Source: Amoebidium appalachense (taxonomy: Eukaryota > Protista > Ichthyosporea). Taken from it: a stretch of DNA of 64,000 bases. Each line of letters opens with the position of its first letter. The first letter of the stretch is position 1. The stretch spans positions 3,984,259-4,048,258 of the forward strand of contig CAVNZM010000002.1 of assembly GCA_963693365.1 (NCBI GenBank). Direction: 5' to 3'. Both the position numbers and the translations under genes were made by a program. Of the stretch, positions 1 to 13,535 are shown piece after piece. The notes below the pieces were generated by a model. The model was not told the origin of the DNA. It saw nothing but the letters and a program-made list of their open reading frames with translations, and did not search any database.

Positions 1-832
1 AAAATAAACTGCCCGTTGGGTTTCAACAACCAAATTGTCTTGCATGTCCCTGCGCCGTGCGCACCTGAGGTGACATTGAAACTCTGGGCGGATTGACCCC
101 GGCCTCCCCCCCCCCCCCCCCCCCCAAACACACACACACACACACACACAAAAAAAAAAGAACCCCCACCCCTCCTCGGGACTGGGCCTCTGGCCCCCCT
201 CCCTCTCCCCCCGAAATAATTATCATCGTTGTAGTGTTCACCTGAGCATCGAGGTCTGTGTATTCGGTGCGTGTGGGTGGGTGGGTTGTGTACCGAGTCG
301 TGCACTTGCGCATGGCATTGCTTAGAAACATGTACATATCATGTGTGCGCACGTGTACTATGGTGGCATTGTTGCATGTTGGGATGCACTGTGTGTTCTT
401 GTTTGGTGTCACGTTATTTGCCACCGTGTGTGACACTCTGTGTGTGTGTATGTGCGTGCACGTTTGTACGTGTGTGTGTGCGCTGCAGTGCATAACCATA
501 ATTGATTGTACGTGCGAGTGCATGCCCTTGGTGGACACGGCAGGTGCGTCTGAGTTGACATAAAATTAAACCAAGTTAGCTGTGTGACTTCAGGCCAATT
601 ATCATGCATATATACATACTATATATATATGGATATTCGGAAGACTATCTTACTCATTAACTAAGTCTATCTAAGCCTATCGTGACAAAGCAACAAAATA
701 CTTACTAACAACTAAAAAAGTAGGAATATGAAAGGCTCCCTGATCACGGGCCCGCAAGAGGCCTCCTAAAGGGCAGGGGGTGAGCTCGAGATCTTGCGGG
801 CCGGACGGGGGGGACGGGGGACGAGGGACGCG

Positions 833-873
<41 letters not shown>

Positions 874-1921
874 AAGAGGCACATGTATGATGGGCTTGAG
901 AGCAGAAAGAAAACAGCGGCATCCAATAAAAAACCGTGCTAAGAAGCAATAATGATAGTGCGCATGCGGTAGGGTATAATGAAGTAGAAAAGTGTGTGTG
1001 TGTGCAGTTCAAGTGCATTTACGTGCTGTCTTCAGAAGGCCCAACTTTGAACATCTTCTATCTGGCGAACTGGAAATCATTCCATATGACTTTGCATTTG
1101 TGCAGCCCACAAAGTGCTCAAAGTGTTAACGTTTTAGCTGCAGCGAAATCAAGAGTCGCAATATTAGCTGCTTTCGGGCCAAGACGCGAGGGCCCACCAA
1201 ATCCTCTATGTTTCATGTGACAAAGGTTTTCTTCTTCTTATGAGGCCCCCCCACACCTGTATTATTTGACAAATCTGAAAACACCGGGAAAAGGATCATC
1301 TGTCGCGCGTGCACACACGCGGTCCACAATGTTTTATTCAACTGTTACAAACACGTTTTCACGGTTTTTTGCGCTATCTTACTAAAATGGAAATGATGAT
1401 GTGGTCCAACCACACACGTTTATCGTTTTGCTTTTGAAACTGTAGGTCGTCCCTTATGTGCATTTTACGATTATTTTAAAGCGCCTGGCTTCACGCCGAC
1501 AACATTTTAGCAAAAACAAACCAATCTCATTATCAGATATAGATATGTGCTATGCATTTAACTTATTTACAACAAAGAAAGGGTACTGGCTTTTACCTTC
1601 TAAGCACCGCTCGTCATTAGGTAATTAAGGGTGACACAGAATAACCATACACGGCGATCTTTCAATCGCATGACTGCGTATTGGCTGTTCTTTCGCTTAG
1701 TCTTAACGATCTAACCATGGTTAAGTCACATTATGCATCAAGGAAAAAACAAAGAAAACAAAAAGGAAAAAAGGAGGAGAAAAGGAAAGGAAAGAAAAGC
1801 AACCCCTTCAATCAGGTGTATATCACAAGCGCGAAGAGGGAAACCAAGAACCACATCCTCTACACCACATCAAATGATTTCGGAAATTCCACGGAAATAT
1901 CAAATTTTTAAAAAATACAAT

Positions 1922-2363
1922 CTAAGGAATAAAATCAAGCCTCAACCTACACCCGGGCGTAACAGGCGCCGTAAACCTAGCCACGCCATTGGTTGTTGTT
2001 CTCACCCTCCCGCCAACCGACCGCGATTTGCTCCCGTTATCGGTCGAAATCGGACACATTTTCGTCACTTCGTATATCTGCTCGGAACGTAATCCAGTTA
2101 TCTCCAAGGTATATTTCCCGCTCAGCGGCGTTGAAATTTCGACGGCGTCCTGTGAATAGGATACCCTGACATTTCCGATGTTCCAAAGCCACGCTGCCGG
2201 GGCGACCCCCTCCCATGGGGTGATCTGAATGGTGTGGTAGGATAGCCTAATACCATAAACCACTTCGCGGTAAAGCATTGAAATTATGGAAGGATATTCG
2301 AAGAATCCTTGGTGCCGCATGTTCGTGCCATTGATGTCGTAGCGTTCGGCAACCCACGTCCAG

Positions 2364-2413
<50 letters not shown>

Positions 2414-2688
2414 ACGTGCGCGCGCGTGCGTGTGTGTGTGTGAGGGGGGGGGGGGGGGGAGGGAGGGGGAAAGGGGGGGGAGAGGGGGGGGGGGTGGGGG
2501 GAGCGGGAGGAGGGGAGGGAAGGGGGTTCGGTCAAATTATTTCAGAGGAATCATACACCAACACGCCACTGTGAACTTACATAAGGGCGTAAAATGGGAC
2601 GAACCGAGAAAACAAACCATTTTATCTCTCTCTGTGTGTGATGGAGAACGCACTCACTGGTTTGCATGCAAGTTCTTTTTTTTTTTTT

Positions 2689-2727
<39 letters not shown>

Positions 2728-2895
2728 AAGAGGGGGAGGGGGGGAGGGGGAGACGGGGTGGGTGAAAGAGGAGGGGGGGGGGAGGGGGGGAGATGCAGAG
2801 AAACCTGTGCCCATCCAGAAAAACGAATATATAGGAAGGTGATTAATTATTTGTGTTTGTGCACACGAATGTATGCATGCATTTTGTATGTATGT

Positions 2896-2942
<47 letters not shown>

Positions 2943-3265
2943 GGGGGGGGGGGAGGAGGGCGAGACGTGGTATGTGCTGCTGGTGGAAGTAGAGTCGTCT
3001 ATTGGTGTGTGCGTGTGTGTGCGCCCGCGCGCGTGCACACATGTGCGTGTGCGTGTGTGTGTGTGTGCATGTGTGTGTGCGCGCGCAAGGTTGCGAGTGC
3101 GCCTGCGTGCATGTCTGTGTGTGCGTGTGTATGCGCATGTAAGTGTGTGTGTGTGTGCGTGTGTATGCGCATGTAAGTGTGTGTGTGCGCGCGCACGTGT
3201 CTGTGGGTTTTGGGCTTCCTAGGGCGATCTAAGATTGGGGCACCTGAGGGCTCCCGGGCGAGGCT

Positions 3266-3309
<44 letters not shown>

Positions 3310-3856
3310 TAGAGAGAGAGGGAGAAAGAGAAAAGGAAAGAAACTCACTTGAGCACGTCATTCACAATGGGTTTCATGAGCAGATCCTCAAACGACTTTT
3401 TGTCGTTGACATACCTTCTGGCCCACGCATCAAAATACATAATTCGGCCCATGCACACCTCCGAATCCCCAATATTTCCATAATAGGTTAAATCCGGTCC
3501 GTAAAACATCTCCGAAACGAACGTCGGGGCTATGTGAGCGGTCTCGTATTTGTCGATACGCTTCAGGATCTTGCGCGATTGGTCTAGATCGGGAATTTCC
3601 GCTGCAATCGCGATTAGATTAGCGTCGTAATCGATCATGTCCAATCTCCCGTTTTCGCCTTCCTGGGTGACATAGTGGTCTTTTTCTTCCTCCGAGTCCC
3701 ATAACACATGATTCATGGCCCGTTTAACCTGTTCGGCACGAATGCGGCATGAATTTGCGCGTTCTGTCGCGTTTTTGAAGTCGTAAAATTCGGCAATATC
3801 TCGGAGGAGGATGACCATTGCGGCGTTGCTGTCGCTGGTGAGGCCGGCGCGCCTGT

Positions 3857-3917
<61 letters not shown>

Positions 3918-5016
3918 TTGGTGTGAAGGGGGGACGGGGGCTTTTGGGGGGGGGGGGGGGGGGGGGGGGGGGGCCTAGGACCCGGGGGGAAGGGGGGAAA
4001 GGGTGAGTTGTGTATTCAGGCATATGCATGTATGTCTGTGTATTTGTACATGCGCGCATTGAATGTTAGGTTCACGTGTGTTGGGCATCTCTCCCTCCCT
4101 CCTTCCCTCCCTCCCCTCCTTTCTCCTTTTCTTACACTTTCATTCACACTCTCTCACTTTCTCACTCTGTCCTTCTGTCCCTCCTTCTCTCCCTCCCTCT
4201 CCCTCTCTCTCTCTGTGTGTGTGCATGCAGGCGTGTACGCCTGCACGTGGTTACATGTCTGGGTGTTTTTAATAGTACTGGTGATTTTAGAGTCAGACAA
4301 AAGCAGACTCAAGAAAAGCGAACAGAACAGAGCATATCGTCAGAGGTGGGGGGGGGGGGGGTATGACTCAACAAAAGAACCCATGGAAACGAGAGGGGAG
4401 GGGGGGAGGGGATAGGGTGAAGGGGGAGAAGAAGGGGGTGGGTGGGAGGGGAGGGGAGGGGGGAAGGGAAGAGGAGGTTTGAGGAGGAGAGGGGGAAGGG
4501 GTGAAGGGGTTAGAGTAGGTGGAGGAGTAGGGGGGGGGGGGGGGAGGGGGGAGGGGGGGGGGGGGTCATGATACCTAAACGTATCGATCATCAAAGGGCC
4601 GTTCATTCGATACAGCTGCTCCGTCGGGTCGAAAAACGCCTCCAAAAACTGGAATGCCCTTTCCATCTGTTCACCATATTTGGTAAAAAACTCCTGGTCT
4701 CCGGTGACCTTAAAGTAATTCAGGCATGCGCGGAGCCAAAAATAGTTGGGCCCGGGCATGATTGCCATTGAGATAGCCTCGAAGGTTGGATAGTAGTTGT
4801 TAAAGTGGTGGGGCACCTGGCCTTGTTCGTTGATGCTTTGCGCTGACGTGCCTAGGACGGCTGCCGCTAGGTCCTGTGTATGTGTACGTGTATGCATGTT
4901 TGTGTGTGTACGTGTGTGTGTGTACGTGTGGGTGTGTATTTGAAGGTGTGTGTGTGTGCGTGTGTGCACGTGCACGTGTATGAGCCTCAGTGCGCGTGCA
5001 CGGTATGTGTGTGTGT

Positions 5017-5047
<31 letters not shown>

Positions 5048-6222
5048 GGGGAGAGGGGGGGGGGGGGGAGAGGGGGGGGAGGCGGGGGGAGGTGAGGGGG
5101 TGGTGGCGGTTAGGAAGTGTTACAGAATATGGCGTACACATTCAAGAAATTTTACAAAGCGCACCCGAAAAACATGCATCATAAGCAAAGCAGGCATGTG
5201 CATGAGGTTAGCAGGTGGAAGGAGGTAGAAGGTACAAAGCACAACTACACCATGAGAAACATAGTGCATGACACATAAACATGTCGACATTCTATTCAAG
5301 TTGCAACATCAGCAACACGTAGTATGCAACATAGTGAGGGGGAGGGAGATAGCCGGGAAAGGGGTTGGGGCGCGGGGGGAATAGCCTACCTGCAGATACT
5401 TATCGCCGCTGTAAGTCAACGAGGTGAGAGCCAGGAAACTATCCGGGTCGAAAAAATTATATCCCCCCATATATCCATGGTCGGGACCGTGGAAGGTTGG
5501 GGCCATCATGGTGAGTTTATCTCCCCCACCTTCACTACCGATATAACTGATAGTGGCGGGGGGAACCGTGAATATTCCTGGTAAAATTGCACGGGCATGG
5601 CGAATGGGTAGGTTGACTTCGGGCTCAGGGGGGATATACAAGGTTGGAAAATTGTCGTTATTTGGGGCTATACGCATACTGCTTGTGTAGGTGGCGGGCA
5701 CGCGCTGTGGCGGGGGCTTAAATCCTTTCGTGAATTCCTCCTGTGTGGATATAACAGCAGTTAGATAGACGGTATGGATTGCTTGTAGGAAAGACAGTTT
5801 TACGGGTCAGTAGGGTAAATACTTATGAGAGAATACATGTAGAATTACAGTGAGATAGGTTGGTTTAGAAAACCACTCGACTTAGTATTCGTGGAGTATT
5901 GCCAGACGGCAAAGGGGTGAAAATTGAGGCAACGTCGCACTAGGAAATTGGGTGTATGCTCCCGGCGCCCGGGGGGGGGGGGGGGGGGGGGGGGAGGGGG
6001 GGTTGGGGAGGGGGGGTCTCAAGAACGCAATAGGGGTTTATGAGACAGCAACAGAACGGTGTATGTTGAGAGTTTGGGTTGAGGAGCGAAAGGCTCAGGA
6101 AAACAAAGAAAAAAGGGCTAGAGCGGCGCAATAGTGATGTGCGTGTGCGTGTGCGTGTGCGTGTGCGTGTGCGTGTACGTGTGCGTGTGCGTGTGCGTGT
6201 GCGTGTGCGTGTGCGTGTGCGT

Positions 6223-6263
<41 letters not shown>

Positions 6264-6713
6264 CATGTGTGTGTGTGTGCGTGTGTGTGTGTGTGTGTGT
6301 GTATGCTATAGAGCAGGCGTGTGTGTGTATGCTTGAGGGCAGCTTCCACACACCTCCGTGTACATATCCGGTGCCTTCTCCCTCATCATGCCGTGCTCCG
6401 AATATGTGCTGTTTATCTCCATGTTATCCGCGGGGTCTTCGGGCACAAATTTCCTCGCAGTAATACCATTCTCTGCATATTCGTTGTAGGAATAGAACCC
6501 CACCCAATTGTCTTGGACCAACTCCCGGGGCGTAATTCCGGCCACCACTTCGTGCACGGCTGATTTGTAGCGGCGGCGATTTTGGGGAGCTTCGAACCAT
6601 CCGGGCTGTGTGGGTAGGCGTGGTCAGACCTTTATTGTATATTTTATGCTTCTGGAATATACACACACACATACGTGCGCAAGACACCACACACACACAC
6701 AGACACACACACG

Positions 6714-6751
<38 letters not shown>

Positions 6752-6919
6752 CTGTCTCTGTCTTTCTCTCTTGCTGTCTCTCTCTCACCCCGAAAAGCAT
6801 GCATGTAAGGAAACACCCACGCAAGAAAACACGCGCACCTGCACGTTCGTGTCCGCGCACATACACACATAAATACACATCATACACATCATACACACAC
6901 ACACACACACATACACACA

Positions 6920-6962
<43 letters not shown>

Positions 6963-7048
6963 CACACACGCACGCACACAACACGCACACAAACGTGCAC
7001 ACACGTGCACACACACACACACACATAAACACAAGCACACACACGCGC

Positions 7049-7120
<72 letters not shown>

Positions 7121-7381
7121 GCGGCATGTCCAGCATCATAGCCCTCGAACACGTGTCAGGGCAACGATTGGCCAACACCACGTGACTTCCCATATTTGGA
7201 AGGAGCCCAGTGTCATCCCTCTCCACTTCTATGGCAGATCCCCCGCCCGCCGCATACCACCGCAATAGCCTTTTTTGGGAGGGGAAAAACCCGGCATCAT
7301 CATAGGCCTTAAGCATCTGAACAATGTAGCCGCCATCGAAAAGGCCATATATGGAAATGGGCCTGACGTAGATCCCGTGCC

Positions 7382-7414
<33 letters not shown>

Positions 7415-7596
7415 CGGCGCGCGCACACACACACGGTTTCGGGTGTGAATGAGAGAGAAAGAGGGGGAGGGGGGGGGGGGGGGGGGGGGGGGGAGGGAGG
7501 AGGGGGGAGGGAGAGACAGACAGACAATCAGAGAGAGAGCGAAGGGAGGGGAAAAGTGTGTGTGTGTGTGTGTGAGGGGGGAGGGAGGGAGGGGGG

Positions 7597-7679
<83 letters not shown>

Positions 7680-7770
7680 ACACGCTCGTTTGCTTCACGT
7701 GTGTGTATGTGTTGGTGAGAATATGGTGACTGTGGGTTTTTTTTTTTGTTTTTTTTTGTTGTTGTTGTTG

Positions 7771-7802
<32 letters not shown>

Positions 7803-9318
7803 GGGGGAGGGAGCAGGCAGCACACACCAAATGATATTTTGGTCGAGCCCAAATCATTCAATCAACGTACAAGCGTGAACACAAGCTTGCATACGTCGAG
7901 GATTTTTTTGGGGGGTGGGGGTGTTTGTGGGGGGAAGGGGAGGGGGGGGGAGGGATGGGGGGGAGAGTTATGGTACATTGCAGGGGGTACTCTAATCAAA
8001 CGAAGACCATACGGCAAGATAAAGGGGCGGGACCAGGTGTGTGCATGCATAGCAGGGTGGTAGGCAAAGGCATTGAGTCTTAAAGGGGGGGGGGGGTATA
8101 TGAATTGAAGGGTGGCCAACCAAGGAAGCGAAAACCTTAACAATTTACAAAAGGAATAAAGTCGAAAAAAACGAAATCTAAACAATAGTGACGGGGAAGG
8201 ACCGGGGGAGGGTTGGAGGGGGGGGGGGGGGGGGGGGGGTCCCTGCTTACCGACAAAAACGGGAGTCTGTCATTTATAATAGAGCCAGTGATTGCCAAAG
8301 AGAAGAACCTCTCCCCACCCTTCAACCCTACAGTCCATTTTTCCTTTACGACAGAATTCGTTGGCGAATCCCCGTCCATAATTCCATCGACGGTAAAGGT
8401 GACCGACTCGAAGAGGGAGCTGTCGCTACTGCAAGGGCCAGTGGTTTGGTGTGAAACCTGTGTGTGTGTGTGGGGGGGGGGGGGGGGGGGGGGAGGGGGA
8501 GGGCGGAGATGGTACGTGTGTGTGTATGTGTGTGTTGGGGGGGGGGGGGGGGGGGGGGGGAGAAGGGGGAGGGGGGGATTGTATGTGTGTGTATGTGGGG
8601 GGGGGGGGGGGGGGGGGGGGGGAGGGGGGGGGAAGGGGGGAAGCGTGGGTGTGCATGTGCTTGCATGCGTGTGTGCGTGTGTGTGTGTGCATGTGTGGGT
8701 GTGGGTGTGGGCGGGGGGCTGCATGCGTGTGTGAGGGGGGGAGAGGGCGGTGGAACGGTTAGAATGCGAAGAACACATAAATGAAGGACAGCAATACACA
8801 AGACAATGCAAACTATGCAAAAAAGAGGGGGAGGGGGGAAGTAGGGGAAGGGGATTGAGGGAAGTGGGTGGGTGGAAGGAAGGAAGGGAAGGGAGGGGAG
8901 GGAGGGTTAGAATATGTTAGTGGTACGGAGTACACATCATGACGAACACCACAAGGCAGATGGCAAAGCACACATGATTACTATGCATTAATAAGCAAAG
9001 CCCATCCTCAGGGGATTGAGTTGTGTGTGTTTGTGGGAATCTCGGCATGGAGGTGTTACCAGCGTGTGTGTACGTGCGTGTGTGAATATATGGATGGATA
9101 TGCCTCCCTGTCCGTGTGCGTGTGAAATGCGTCAAAGCATGTTCATGTCTATTCGTTTGCACGTATGCGGAAGAGCGTGTGTAGGTTTGATGCAGGTGGG
9201 TGCGTGGACGTGCATGTGTGTGTGTGCGCGTAGTTGAGTCACCACCAGGTGAAATGCCACTGAGTTGTTTTAACAGCTTGCACCTCACCAAACAAAGAAA
9301 GACCAAGGCAGCCCGAAC

Positions 9319-9354
<36 letters not shown>

Positions 9355-9360
9355 CCCCTC

Positions 9361-9422
<62 letters not shown>

Positions 9423-10690
9423 CCGCCGCCACCACCACCACCACCACCCCTTCCCCCTCTCTTCACATACACATACCAAACGAACACCTTTGCAGGTGTA
9501 AAAGAAAAAAAGGGAGGAAGAAAGAAGGAAAACAGGCGGGAAGGGGGCTGGGAGGGGAGAGAGGGGAGGGGAGGGGGGGGGGGGGGGGGGAATGAGAGAG
9601 AGGGACTCACCACAATATTTTGCTTGTGCTGAGACGAGCGAGAGATTGATCCGTTAACCCCAATTCTCTCCAACACAATTCCTTTTTTGGCAAGTACCTC
9701 CTCCCAGCCAATCAAATCATCCGCAACGTTATCCGGCTGGTTCTCCGGTGCCTTTTTGCCATCCGGTTTTCCCTTCCTGAACCTACCCTCAAGAGACTCA
9801 ATGTGTGGGTGTGTCGTGTTGAAAGTCAGGCGAACATATTCGTTTTCCAATACAAAAAACCCGTGTTCCTTCGTTACCCGCACCCCGCCACCCTGCTCGC
9901 ACACACTGATTTTTCGTACAAGAATGGTTTCGGAGGCCCCCCACTCATTAATCTGTAGCGCCGGGTCATGTTTAGGTGGAAGTACAATTGGTTCTTCCGT
10001 CAAATTGTTCAATTTTCGTCTCCCAACTGGAAGAGGTGGGGTTTGGCTGTTTGGAAAACCAGGGTCGACATCTGGGCCCCCGTTAACGGGCGATGGTCCC
10101 GGGAAACCAGGCCCCGGAAAACCAGGCCCCGGGAAACCAGGTCCCGGAAAACCAGGCCCCGGAAAACCAGGTCCCGGAAAACCAGGTCCCGGAAAACCAG
10201 GTCCCGGAGAACCAGGTCCCGGAAAACCGGGATCCACATTTACAGCCCCCTTAACTCTGAATGGTGGCCCCACTCGCGGAGAATCAGACTCACCACCAGG
10301 AAGTTCGTTAACTCCGGGTGGTTGCGGAACCGGAAAACCGGAATCGACCCCTGGAGCACCGTTATTTCCGGGTGGTGGCCCCGGAGAGCCGGAATCGACA
10401 TTCGGAGCCCCGCCTGGAACGGGAAGCGGAAGACTGCGTCCCCCACCCATACCGAGGGGGCTATCTGCCTCCGGTCTTACGTCATTAAATGTCGGATTTC
10501 CCAATTCCTGTAACGGATTAATTTCACCCCTGCCATAAGCATCAAACTCCCCGACATGCTGCACGTCTTGGCTACTCCGCCGTCTCGGGGAAAAGGTTAA
10601 GAAACACCAAATACCAAGCAGGGTTAAAACTAAGGTGCGCAGGCTCAGGCGGCATGCCATCCGCCTGCCGATGGGTTTGAGAACTGCCAT
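1922..10690 (-). CDS. Type II membrane-anchored protein (~1133 aa) with a Pro/Gly-rich stem and a C-terminal six-hairpin glycosidase-like (alpha/alpha)6 domain; 8 exons
   Basis: Phase-consistent GT-AG exons: 10690-9611, 8457-8251, 7385-7119, 6605-6354, 5740-5390, 4873-4575, 3852-3349, 2363-1922 (3402 nt). N-terminal anchor [15 protein letters not shown]. Motifs [29 protein letters not shown] and ERY..FEYPS resemble six-hairpin glycosidases. The family assignment is inference. Confidence 0.75.
10095..10230 (-). repeat. Coding 15-bp tandem repeat encoding (GPGFP)n, about 9 units
   Basis: Unit CCAGGYCCCGGAAAA repeated on the + strand; translates as [10 protein letters not shown]... in exon 1. 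Confidence 0.9.
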
Positions 10691-10789
10691 TTTGCCCCTT
10701 TCTCGAGCCACCTAGGAGGCTCGTGAAAATATTGGGCAGTGTTTGACGCCTCTCTTTCTGTGGGTATCCGCGCGCGCGCGCGCGCGCGC

Positions 10790-10894
<105 letters not shown>

Positions 10895-11085
10895 GTGTGT
10901 GTGTGCCGTGTCTGTCTGTCTCTGCGTGTGTGTGTGCGTGTGTGTGTGCGTGTGTGTGTGTGTGTGCACATGTGTGTATGTGGGTGCTGGTGTCCCTGCC
11001 CGTCAGTTGTGTGTGGGTGGGTATGTTGTCGGTGGGAACGTGTGAAGGGGGTGGGGGTGGCAAGGAGAGTTTGAGAAGGGACAGG

Positions 11086-11195
<110 letters not shown>

Positions 11196-11989
11196 GCGTG
11201 CGTGCGCGCACGCGTGTGCGCGTGGAGGGCTTGTGTGATGACACGTGGGTGCGGGTGGGGGGGTATTGTCCTGCAAAATCGAGTGTGTAGGTGCTTGCGA
11301 ATGTGTGTAAGCGTGTGGGTTTTTGTCTGTGCGTCCACACGAGGGGAGAGAGTGGGGGGGTGGAGCGGAGGGGAGAAGGGGTGGGGGGGAACGGTTAGAA
11401 GCTTTCCGGAGCAAAAGTTAGCTTCCTGTGTCTCGGTTTACGTACAGAGGGGTACACACAAAAAGACGAGAGAAAGACACACAATCGTGAATTGAACAAC
11501 TGCGTCCGAAAGAGAGCCTGCAGATGTGCATACGCAATCACGATCACATGTGCCCTAGCACACAAGCGCCGGTGTGCGCGCATACACACACGCGAGCGCG
11601 CGCTGCAGCAAGCCGTGCACACACGCACTTGCTTACATGTAAACACACATAAAAAAACAGACATGCCCGGGTGACACACGTTGCCAACCTCATTGCACAC
11701 ACCAAACGGAAAAAGCACACACTGTCACAAGCCGCAAACAACCTAACACACAGCGGCACCCATGAACTATCGGTTACACTCGAGTCACACAGCTACACAC
11801 CTGCATGTGCAGAGACACACACACGAGCTCGAGAGCGACACAGACCAGACAGGCATCTCAACGTGATGTTCAAACGCTGGCGTACACATGCAGCGTGATC
11901 ATACACTTCTTCAAGGGGCAGGCACGCAGGTGTACACAATCAGACACAAACACACACGGGCACACTGTGACGCAAACAAAACAGGGTAG

Positions 11990-12044
<55 letters not shown>

Positions 12045-13311
12045 GAAACAGAGAGGGACAGACAGTGTATCCAGGTACACCCAGACCGCACACCTAAAGA
12101 AACACTGTGCTCACGCACTAAATATATAGAGTGGCAGTAAGTGAAGCGCAACCACACGCATGTGAGCGCGCTGAAGCACAAAAACACACAGGTAAACACA
12201 TGCGGACACTGTGCACACACACAGACAAAGCATTCACACGTTTCGCGTTTGCACGCATACACACGCAGCAATGCGCTATCTCATCGACGCCAGCATGCAG
12301 AATACGTGAGGACTTCACACAAGGATTGTAAAACATGTTTACAATTACGGATGGCCCTGAGACGATTTGTGATGCTGGAGGCCATTACGAAAAGGGGGGG
12401 GGGGGGGGGGGGGGGGGTAAATACCAGAAGTTAGCCAAACTCCAAGTCTCTCACTACTGCATATCCGACTGGTAAAACCCTTTTTTTCTCCTCCACAAAA
12501 TAAAGATGAACCCTCTACGTTGCCATCAGACAGAATGATATGCTCACTGACTACTCTTCCAGTTTTTACGTTCAGGACAAGAGAACTTGATAGGAGGCTT
12601 GTGAGATCTCAGCAGTCTATACAAGTATATGCACATGCACAACCACACACGCACATACACTACATGTATGTATAACTAAAGTAGTCAAAACTTAAAGTCC
12701 AAAAGGTTTTGTTTGTGTTTGTAGGGTGGCCGGTCCTCGGGTGAGAGTGCGGCGGACGTCACGTTCGTTCTTTCTTTATGTTTTACTCTGTACTTGTGTA
12801 TTGCTGAAACGTCGCTGCCCTATGATTGGCTGTAAAGGCAAAATAGTTAGCATACCTGCGAAAAGAGCAAGGGTTGTTATACAGCTCACAACTAAAGTGC
12901 AAAATATCCAAATATCCTTAAGTAGTCTCATTTTCATTTTTACATTGGTGGGGTTTTTAAAATAATTAGATTAAGACCCCAATACTCTCAATATGCAAGA
13001 TTGAAGGTTCCAAAATCAAGAGCAACCCCAGACATGCAAAACAGGGCTTCGAATTCGCATTTCTTTTTGGAAAGTTGTACTGTAATGATAACTTCATTCA
13101 GATCCTCTTTCTTGGGAAAACGTCATAACACACTTATTTCTGATAAAAAAATTAAAAATTCATTTCAAAACTTAACTATTTTTTTGGCGTCGCTGCCTAT
13201 TAGAGTCAGCATAGCAGAGGTGATTTTTCACTGCCCGCACGCGGGTGATCACTCCTGGCGCCATGCAACGCACTGTATACAGGCTCAGGCATTTGTCATC
13301 CGGTGACTCCC

Positions 13312-13351
<40 letters not shown>

Positions 13352-13535
13352 AAAACACAAAGCTCCAGGAAAATAAATGCAATTCGCTCGCATATCGGAA
13401 TACAAGAAAACCAGAAGAGCCCAATATAGTGTAGTATTCAGTGCACGCCTGTGTCTGTGTGTCACACTGCAAAAGTGGCTTTACGAAGCCGGAATTACGG
13501 TAACCCAGTGTCTCCTCCAATCAAATGCAACGCTT

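Noticed and set aside
1-270. Possible exons of a gene crossing the left edge
   Set aside because: Splice-like signals exist on both strands, but no recognisable protein motif; not enough support.
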